In this document: in pieces, positions 7,988 to 13,819 of the stretch
Position numbering within the stretch: position 1 is the stretch's first letter
Layout: each line of letters starts with the position of its first letter
NCBI RefSeq assembly: GCF_001563475.1
Contig: NZ_LPUT01000003.1
Location: forward strand, 19,632 to 43,631
Direction of reading: 5' to 3'
Length of the DNA stretch: 24,000 nt
Source: Sporosarcina sp. HYO08
GTDB taxonomy: Bacteria > Bacillota > Bacilli > Bacillales_A > Planococcaceae
Notes under the pieces: model-generated
The model's input: only the letters and a program-made list of their open reading frames with translations
Databases searched by the model: none
What the model was told of the DNA's origin: nothing
Translations under genes and position numbers: made by a program

Positions 7988-9067
7988 ATGCCTAAAATTG
8001 TATCGGTCCGTTCGTTCAAGCCGCCGTATGAAGTAAAGCAAGAAGAGGCCACCGAGTTGACGCGCTCCTTATTCAGCGAAAAATATAAAGACATCGAACG
8101 GCTGTTGACCGTTTTTCAAAATGGCGACATCGAAACGCGCCATGTTTGTATGCCGATTGAGTGGTATGCCAAAGATCATGATTTTGAAGAGCGTAATGAT
8201 TTGTATATTGAACATGCGGTCGATTATGGGATTCAAGCGGTTTTGTCTTGTTTGGAAGGAAGTGGAACACTGGAAACATCAGTGGACCCTTCACTCATTG
8301 ACGCCATTTTCTTCATCTCCAGCAGCGGACTTGCGACACCAAGCATTGATGCGCGCATTATGAACCGGATTCTGTTTCGGGATGATGTGAAGCGGATTCC
8401 GATTTGGGGACTTGGTTGTGCGGGCGGGGCTGCGGGGTTGAGTCGGGCGTATGAATATTGCCTCGCATTTCCGAAGGCGAATGTGCTTGTGCTGTCTGTG
8501 GAATTATGCAGTTTGACGTTTCAAAAAGATGATTATTCCAAAAGTAATTTAGTCGGCGTGTCATTGTTTTCAGACGGGGTTGCTTGTGCGCTTGTCGTTG
8601 GCGATCAATCTCCGATTCAAGCGAATCAAGCGGTTCCTTCGATCATCGCGACAACTTCCAAACTTATGCCGGAGTCAGAAAACGTCATGGGGTGGGATGT
8701 GAAAAACAATGGATTATACGTCGTTTTCTCAAAAAGCATCCCCGCCATTATTACAAATTGGCTTGGTCCATTTGTGCATACTTTTTTGAATGAACATGGT
8801 TTATCCAAAGACGATATCACCCATTTCGTCGCACATCCAGGCGGCAAAAAAATATTGACGGCCTACGAAGAAGCGCTTGGATTTAATGAAAATATGACAG
8901 AAATTTCTCGGGAAATATTACGAGAAAATGGCAACATGTCTTCCCCGACCGTTTTATATGTACTGGAAAAGTTTATGCAAAGTGAAGCGACTGCAGGTGA
9001 TTTTGGATTAATGGCAGCACTTGGCCCCGGTTTTTGCGGCGAGTTGCTGTTGCTAAAGTGGGAGTGA
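7988..9067 (+). CDS. bpsA: Type III polyketide synthase (chalcone-synthase superfamily, BpsA-like)
   Basis: ATG 7988 follows GGAGG. Cys-His-Asn triad contexts are present: WGLGCAGGAAGL, FVAHPGGKKIL and ENGNMSSPTVL. The ICMT-type methyltransferase gene follows, as in B. subtilis bpsA-bpsB(ypbQ). Confidence 0.85.
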   Translation: MPKIVSVRSFKPPYEVKQEEATELTRSLFSEKYKDIERLLTVFQNGDIETRHVCMPIEWYAKDHDFEERNDLYIEHAVDYGIQAVLSCLEGSGTLETSVDPSLIDAIFFISSSGLATPSIDARIMNRILFRDDVKRIPIWGLGCAGGAAGLSRAYEYCLAFPKANVLVLSVELCSLTFQKDDYSKSNLVGVSLFSDGVACALVVGDQSPIQANQAVPSIIATTSKLMPESENVMGWDVKNNGLYVVFSKSIPAIITNWLGPFVHTFLNEHGLSKDDITHFVAHPGGKKILTAYEEALGFNENMTEISREILRENGNMSSPTVLYVLEKFMQSEATAGDFGLMAALGPGFCGELLLLKWE

Positions 9068-9077
9068 GGAAGCGCCT

Positions 9078-9620
9078 ATGATCTTTGCATCCGTCATGAT
9101 ATTCGTCATTTTACAGCGGCTTGTGGAATTGTTCATCGCCAAACGAAACGAGAAATGGATGTTAAACCAAGGCGCTTTCGAAGTAGGTGCCGCCCATTAT
9201 CCGGCCATGGTCGTCATGCATATTTCATTTTTTGCCACGCTCATCATTGAAGTGACGTTGTTCGATCGAGCCTTATCCCCGCTTTTAGATTACTTATTTG
9301 GCGCTTTTTTATTATTACAGACCGCAAGAATTTGGTGTCTCACTTCTTTAGGTCGATTTTGGAACACGAAAATCATCATTTTACCTGGTGCTGAAGTTGT
9401 TCGAAAAGGGCCGTATCGCTTTATGCGGCACCCGAATTATACGATCGTTACACTTGAATTACTTATCCTTCCCCTACTATTCAGCGCGTATCTCACCACG
9501 ATTATTTTCGCGGTGCTTAACGCCTGGATGCTGTCGATTCGGATACCGGCGGAGGAAAAGGCGCTACGGGAAGCGACGGATTATGGACAGACCATGTTAC
9601 GTGCCACTTCGAAGGAGTAA
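9078..9620 (+). CDS. bpsB: Isoprenylcysteine carboxyl methyltransferase-family membrane methyltransferase (BpsB/YpbQ-like)
   Basis: 180 aa, multi-TM. Has the motif GPYRFMRHPNY...E..ILP and starts 10 nt after the bpsA stop. Confidence 0.8.
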   Translation: MIFASVMIFVILQRLVELFIAKRNEKWMLNQGAFEVGAAHYPAMVVMHISFFATLIIEVTLFDRALSPLLDYLFGAFLLLQTARIWCLTSLGRFWNTKIIILPGAEVVRKGPYRFMRHPNYTIVTLELLILPLLFSAYLTTIIFAVLNAWMLSIRIPAEEKALREATDYGQTMLRATSKE

Positions 9621-9656
9621 GTGCAACTTTGCCATTGTAAGTGCAACTCTCTTCAT
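9617..9656. repeat. 2 x 20 bp tandem repeat GTAAGTGCAACT-N8
   Basis: GTAAGTGCAACTTTGCCATT / GTAAGTGCAACTCTCTTCAT. The TAA of the first unit is the bpsB stop codon (9618-9620). Confidence 0.75.
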
Positions 9657-9663
9657 TCACCCA

Positions 9664-9711
9664 TAAAAAATAACCCATCTTGATTGAGTAACTCGATGGG
9701 TTATCCCTATC
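9664..9711. terminator. Terminator-like hairpin, left copy of a duplicated element
   Basis: 10-bp stem ATAACCCATC-type (9670-9679 / 9695-9704). An A-run lies directly upstream, so it is a good minus-strand terminator. On the plus strand the T-run (9711-9717) is 7 nt from the stem. Confidence 0.6.
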
Positions 9712-9770
9712 TTTTTTCTTTTTAAAAGCTATATACTGTCATTGTTCAATGAGTCAAAATAGCAAACCCC

Positions 9771-9779
9771 TGTTATAAT
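9771..9779 (+). promoter_or_regulatory. Candidate extended -10 promoter for the orphan ORF
   Basis: TGtTATAAT at 9771-9779. I found no convincing -35. Confidence 0.35.
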
Positions 9780-9850
9780 TAAAACCTCATATTCTTTTAG
9801 ATACATTTGTTATATACTAGGACTAGTATCCTAAAAAGGTTGTAAGATAT

Positions 9851-10270
9851 ATGACAATAAGTATAAATATAAGTGCTACCAAAACCCAGTTAGTTGGAAT
9901 TATTCCAAAGTGTATTATCGATTATTATTCTATTCAATGTTCTAATTTTGAAGTTTATATGCCGCCCGGCGTTTTAAAACATTTAAAAAAACGAGGTCAC
10001 TGGGGCGACTTTGAAAGGTATTATCATGAAATACCTCGTATGATTGCCGAACCTGATTATGCTGGTCAAAATCCAAAAGAGCCAAATTCAGTGGAATTGT
10101 ACAAAATTCTAAGCGATCATGTGATCCTGCCAATAAAATTAAATATAGAAACTGGTTTATTTTTGAGCTCTTTTTATACCTTAGATAACGGGGTTGAGAA
10201 AATTCAAAAGCGATTAAGAACCGGACGTATTTACCCTTTTTCATTCTTTACAAACCAAGCAAAATCATAA
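9851..10270 (+). CDS. Orphan 139-aa protein, possible BECR-fold (PBECR-like) nuclease/toxin domain
   Basis: About 30% GC. The pattern VYMPPGVLKHLKKRGHW..F..YYHEIPRMIAEPDYAGQNPKEPNSVELYK....HVILPIKLN...GLFLSSFYTL......IQKRLRTGRIYPF resembles, from memory, phage/ICE-associated PBECR nuclease domains (H-x-H-type block, PDY.G.NP block, C-terminal GR[IL]). Confidence 0.5.
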   Translation: MTISINISATKTQLVGIIPKCIIDYYSIQCSNFEVYMPPGVLKHLKKRGHWGDFERYYHEIPRMIAEPDYAGQNPKEPNSVELYKILSDHVILPIKLNIETGLFLSSFYTLDNGVEKIQKRLRTGRIYPFSFFTNQAKS

Positions 10271-10367
10271 CAATTGTTTACAAATAACGCATGCTAGTGT
10301 ATTATAATAAGTGAGAAGAATTGTTATTTAGTTGGTTATTTAGACAAAATCATGAATATATTAAATA

Positions 10368-10462
10368 CATAAAGGTTATTTGAGGTGGGAAAGGTTCCCC
10401 ACGCGCTATCTTATTGATAGTTACCAGAGATCAGGATTGCCGCCCTGCTTATAACCTTTATG
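10368..10462 (+). ncRNA. Candidate structured RNA: 12-bp closing stem enclosing three hairpins (cloverleaf-like); class unknown
   Basis: P1 is 10368-10379 / 10451-10462, 12 perfect bp. Hairpins: GTGGGAA-AGG-TTC(C)CCAC (10385-10402), CTATC-TTATT-GATAG (10406-10420), CAGG-N8-CCTG (10432-10447). It lies upstream of the plus-strand-only terminator at 10471. Confidence 0.35.
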
Positions 10463-10470
10463 ACTGAGAT

Positions 10471-10500
10471 ACCCTCTTCATTCATGAAGAGGGTTCTTTT
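10471..10500 (+). terminator. Strong plus-strand intrinsic terminator
   Basis: ACCCTCTTCA (10471-10480) / TGAAGAGGGT (10485-10494), followed by TCTTTTT. There is no T-run in the opposite orientation. Confidence 0.8.
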
Positions 10501-10560
10501 TATCCTAAATAAGGATACTTTATTTGAATAGATCCCAATCTTGATTCTATCCTTTATCCG

Positions 10561-10605
10561 TAAAAAATAACCCATCTGCTCAAATTCAGATGGGCTATCC
10601 CTATC
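10561..10605 (-). terminator. Terminator of the NhaC-family gene; right copy of the duplicated hairpin
   Basis: Same arms as 9664-9711: TAAAAAATAACCCATCT is 17/17 identical and GATGGGCTATCCCTATC is 16/17. On the minus strand the stem is followed by TTTTTTAC. Confidence 0.75.
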
Positions 10606-10647
10606 AAATGTCGATCCCATTACGTGTACAGCGATTTAAAATCCCTA

Positions 10648-12027
10648 TCACTTCTCATACGTCAACGTCTTCCCAGCCATTCCAAACAACACAGTTAACA
10701 CTGGTGACAACAGGCAAAAGAATGCAAATGGCAAGTATGCGAGCGTCGGGACATCGAGCACGTTCGTAATGAAAATACCACACACACTCCATGGGACGAG
10801 CGGGTTGACGACGGTTCCGGCGTCTTCCATCACACGGCTCAAGTTTTTGCCAGCTAAGCCGAGTTTTTCATATTGCGCTTGAAACGCTTGGCCGGTTAAT
10901 AAAATCGATAAGTATTGCTCACCGATCAAAACGTTGATGCCGATCGCGGTGAGCGCTGATGCAAAGATGACAGATGCTGCTTTTTTCAGCATGCTCTCGA
11001 TTTTGCCAAGGAGGCACTGGACGATGCCGAGCGTGAACAATAGTCCGCCCATGCTTAGCGCAAGCAACACGAGCCCGACGGTGAACATCATGCTGTTCAT
11101 GCCGCCCCGCGTTAACAATGCGTCAATTTCATCCATTCCGATATTTGACACATAGCCGTTGAATAGAATGCTCAACACTTCCGTCGCGCTAAACGTGTGA
11201 TGGAAGTATGAAATGACAACGGCACTCGCGGAACTGACTGCCAACGTCATCATTGCCGGCACTTTCTTGATCGATAAAATGACTAACACGATGATCGGCA
11301 ATACGGTGTACCAATGGATCATCCCCGTTTGCAAAAGTCCATCTTGGAACGCTTGAATTTTCGCTGTATCTTCAAACTGGACTTTCGGTGATAAAATCCC
11401 AAATAGGACGGCGGAAATAAGAAATGCTGGAACTGTTGTCCACGCCATATTTTTAATATGTGCGAATAAATCGACGCGAACAATGGATGATGCAAGGTTT
11501 GTTGTGTCCGAAAGCGGCGACATTTTATCCCCAAAAAAGGCACCGGAAACAATTGCGCCTGCTGTCATCGCAAGCGATACGTCGAGTACGCTCGCCATGC
11601 CAATAAACGCAACCCCTACTGTCGCGACGGTTGTCAATGAACTGCCGATCGACACACCAACAATCGATGCGACGACAAAGACGATCGCCAAGAAAAATTG
11701 CGGTGTCACTAAGTGAAAGCCTGCATAAATGAGTGTTGGAATCGTCCCGCCCATCATCCAGCTGCTAATTAAAATGCCGATGAAAAAGAATAAAAACACG
11801 GCGCTCATGCCAGCGCCCGCCCCATCGACTAACCCTTTCTCTAGCCTCTTGTATGACACTTTTTTCAACAAGCCGTAACCGATCAGCAGTAAGATGGACA
11901 GTAAAATCGGCACATGCGGCACCGCGTCAAAGAAAATAATGCTCGCGCTGATCATTGCAACGATCATCACGATTAAGGCGACAGCCTCTGAAAATTTAGG
12001 TTGAATCACTGCTTTTATTTGAAACAC
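10648..12027 (-). CDS. NhaC-family membrane transporter (annotated type: Na+/H+ antiporter; probably an amino-acid transporter given the T-box leader)
   Basis: 459 aa with about 11-12 TM helices. GTG start follows AGGAGG. I recognise it as NhaC-family by overall sequence character. A T-box leader lies directly upstream. Confidence 0.8.
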   Translation of the reverse strand: MFQIKAVIQPKFSEAVALIVMIVAMISASIIFFDAVPHVPILLSILLLIGYGLLKKVSYKRLEKGLVDGAGAGMSAVFLFFFIGILISSWMMGGTIPTLIYAGFHLVTPQFFLAIVFVVASIVGVSIGSSLTTVATVGVAFIGMASVLDVSLAMTAGAIVSGAFFGDKMSPLSDTTNLASSIVRVDLFAHIKNMAWTTVPAFLISAVLFGILSPKVQFEDTAKIQAFQDGLLQTGMIHWYTVLPIIVLVILSIKKVPAMMTLAVSSASAVVISYFHHTFSATEVLSILFNGYVSNIGMDEIDALLTRGGMNSMMFTVGLVLLALSMGGLLFTLGIVQCLLGKIESMLKKAASVIFASALTAIGINVLIGEQYLSILLTGQAFQAQYEKLGLAGKNLSRVMEDAGTVVNPLVPWSVCGIFITNVLDVPTLAYLPFAFFCLLSPVLTVLFGMAGKTLTYEK

Positions 12028-12081
12028 AATATTTTCCTCCTAATAATATTAAAGTTGTTGTACAGATCACTCGAGCTAAAC

Positions 12082-12300
12082 AAAAACAAAAAACCCCTTC
12101 CATCCCTTAAAAAGGGACGAAGGAGTTCTCCGCGCTACCACCCTAGTTGACGGCTCTATTTCACCGTCCACTTCATATCCAAATAGAGAAAAACGAATGG
12201 CGTAATTCATCGTCATTGCTGCCTAGGCTTTCACCAACCACCTAGTCTCTTCTTGCTGCCCACAATACGACTACTCTACCATCTCTCTAGCTTATTTACT
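12082..12300 (-). promoter_or_regulatory. T-box riboswitch leader (tRNA-sensing antiterminator)
   Basis: Minus strand has stem I with AGAGA/AGAGUA elements, distal loop UGGUUGGUGAAAG and an AG bulge. The T-box sequence AGGGUGGUAGCGCG (plus 12131-12144) matches the consensus at 13/14. It is followed by a long terminator (plus 12094-12130) and U-run. Confidence 0.8.
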
Positions 12301-12314
12301 TTTAAGATATAGTG

Positions 12315-12342
12315 ATAATATCATGTTTGGCGGAGATGTCAA
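12315..12342 (-). promoter_or_regulatory. Sigma-A promoter driving the T-box leader
   Basis: Minus strand: TTGACA (12342-12337), 16-nt spacer, TATTAT (12320-12315), preceded by TGa (extended -10). Confidence 0.55.
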
Positions 12343-12343
12343 G

Positions 12344-13069
12344 CTATCTTTCACACGCAAATCCATCTTTGTCGCCGTCCATCTTCTCAGAATAAGCCGG
12401 ATGTCCTTTTTCCACGCCATTCGGATATTTTTTTCGGAGTTCTGTGCAGTTTTGAAAAACCTCCGTTGGTTCCGCTGCAGACTTCTGTTCCTTCTTCTTA
12501 GCTGGATAGGCATTGCTATCAAACCCATACTCTGTCGCATAATCTTCCAACGTCCAAATGCCGACGCCTGCTTTTTTTGCACGGGCTTGCGCTTTTTCGA
12601 ACTCATCGAGATAGCGCGTGTTCGGCGGGTACACATAGGCAACCCGCGCGAGCCCTTCTTCAATCAGCTTTTCTTGAACGCTTTCCCCATCTACGTAAAT
12701 GTACGCAAGCAATCGGCCATATTTATCGATGCGTTCGCCGATGTCAAATTCAATTTCAAGTTTGCCGCTATTTAAGATTTCACTGTTCCGTTTTTTCGCT
12801 TCTTCGCCGAAAGGCTGTTTGCCGAGCCGTGGATGACTCGTTTCCGGCGTGTCGATTAATAAATAACGAACATTTTGTTCTTTGCCTTCATATTTAATTT
12901 TAATCGTATCGCCGTCAATTGTTTTCACAAGTTCAACGGGAATTAACCCTTCCCGGCTCGGTTCGTCCACATCTGCTCCGAAAATCGTATAAAATAACGC
13001 TGCCACTAAGGCGACAAGAATGCCGCCAATGCTGAGCGATGTTTTCTTTTTCACTTTCAACTTTCTCAT
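12344..13069 (-). CDS. Secreted/membrane-anchored staphylococcal-nuclease-like thermonuclease with C-terminal Excalibur Ca-binding domain
   Basis: N-terminal TM anchor. SNase motifs DGDTI, RYLLIDTPE and YGRLLAYIY, then the Excalibur motif DGDKDGFACE. The start is uncertain: ATG 13069 abuts the SD, and TTG 13060 or GTG 13054 are alternatives. Confidence 0.8.
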   Translation of the reverse strand: MRKLKVKKKTSLSIGGILVALVAALFYTIFGADVDEPSREGLIPVELVKTIDGDTIKIKYEGKEQNVRYLLIDTPETSHPRLGKQPFGEEAKKRNSEILNSGKLEIEFDIGERIDKYGRLLAYIYVDGESVQEKLIEEGLARVAYVYPPNTRYLDEFEKAQARAKKAGVGIWTLEDYATEYGFDSNAYPAKKKEQKSAAEPTEVFQNCTELRKKYPNGVEKGHPAYSEKMDGDKDGFACER

Positions 13070-13084
13070 TCCTTTTCTACTGCC

Positions 13085-13432
13085 CTAGATGACCGTTCCT
13101 ATTGCATATCCAATAGCTGTCAACAGAAGTCCTCCGCCATATGTCGCGATCAAATAAACGGTCATTTTTTTTATTTTTTTCTCTTCCCATAGTAGAATCA
13201 ATTCTTTTTTCATCGTCGAAAAAGTCGTCAATGCACCCGTGAAGCCGGATGCGAGGAAGTACTGCCAAGTCAGTGATAGTTCTAGTCCAAATACGATGCC
13301 AATGCCAAACGCACCGGCCCAATTCACAAGCAGCGTGCCAAATGGCATTTTACATTTACTTGAAATAGCCGCCCGCAAAATCGCCCCTACAAAACCACCC
13401 ATTGCAATAACGAGCACCTCTAGCATCGTCAT
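13085..13432 (-). CDS. crcB: Fluoride channel subunit CrcB/FluC (second paralog)
   Basis: 115 aa, 4 TM, with motif GFTGALTTFST. ATGA overlap with the upstream crcB. Confidence 0.85.
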   Translation of the reverse strand: MTMLEVLVIAMGGFVGAILRAAISSKCKMPFGTLLVNWAGAFGIGIVFGLELSLTWQYFLASGFTGALTTFSTMKKELILLWEEKKIKKMTVYLIATYGGGLLLTAIGYAIGTVI

Positions 13433-13809
13433 ATCCTTACCTGCTTTCCGCCGAGCCGAAAACCAATGGCGCCGGCGGCAAGTCCACCGAAAATACTTAG
13501 CAGGACATAACTTGTTGCCAAAACTAGTTGTTCATTTTGAATGAGCGTAACTGTTTCCCAGCTCAATGTAGAAAAAGTCGTAAACGCACCAAGGAAACCT
13601 GTTGTCACAGCTTCATAATAGGGATTGTCCGGCTTCAATGTACGAATTGCCCCCGCAACGATCAAGCATAAGACAAATGCCCCGACGATATTTATCGCCA
13701 GCGTTGCGGCTGGAAATCCCGAATGACTTGGAAATGCCTGTCCAATCATCGTTCTACAGACAGCGCCAAGTGCACCTGCACTACCGATCACGAAGTACTT
13801 TTTCATCAT
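13429..13809 (-). CDS. crcB: Fluoride channel subunit CrcB/FluC (first paralog)
   Basis: I prefer ATG 13809 (MMKKYFVIGSAGALGA...), which lies 10 nt after the helicase stop with an AAGGA RBS. Motif GFLGAFTTFST. Confidence 0.85.
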   Translation of the reverse strand: MMKKYFVIGSAGALGAVCRTMIGQAFPSHSGFPAATLAINIVGAFVLCLIVAGAIRTLKPDNPYYEAVTTGFLGAFTTFSTLSWETVTLIQNEQLVLATSYVLLSIFGGLAAGAIGFRLGGKQVRI

Positions 13810-13819
13810 TCTCGCATCC

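Noticed and set aside
10368-10462. tRNA or tRNA fragment (possible island attachment site).
   Set aside because: A 12-bp closing stem, a 5-nt middle loop, and no GTTCRANYC T-loop, D-loop GG or CCA context. Arm sizes do not fit a canonical tRNA. I kept it as an unclassified structured RNA candidate.
9664-10605. Integron-style gene cassette with attC sites.
   Set aside because: The hairpin arms lack the RYYYAAC/GTTRRRY core sites, no intI gene is nearby, and integrons are rare in Firmicutes.
10411-10620. 69-aa minus-strand ORF in the cassette.
   Set aside because: It runs through two terminator hairpins and the structured element, has no RBS and has a low-complexity, implausible sequence.
12292-12775. 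ORFs 12292..12663(-) and 12323..12775(+).
   Set aside because: Both overlap the SNase-like gene out of frame or antisense. The minus-strand one also covers the T-box promoter and the 5' edge of the leader. Products are Arg/Lys-rich nonsense with no RBS.
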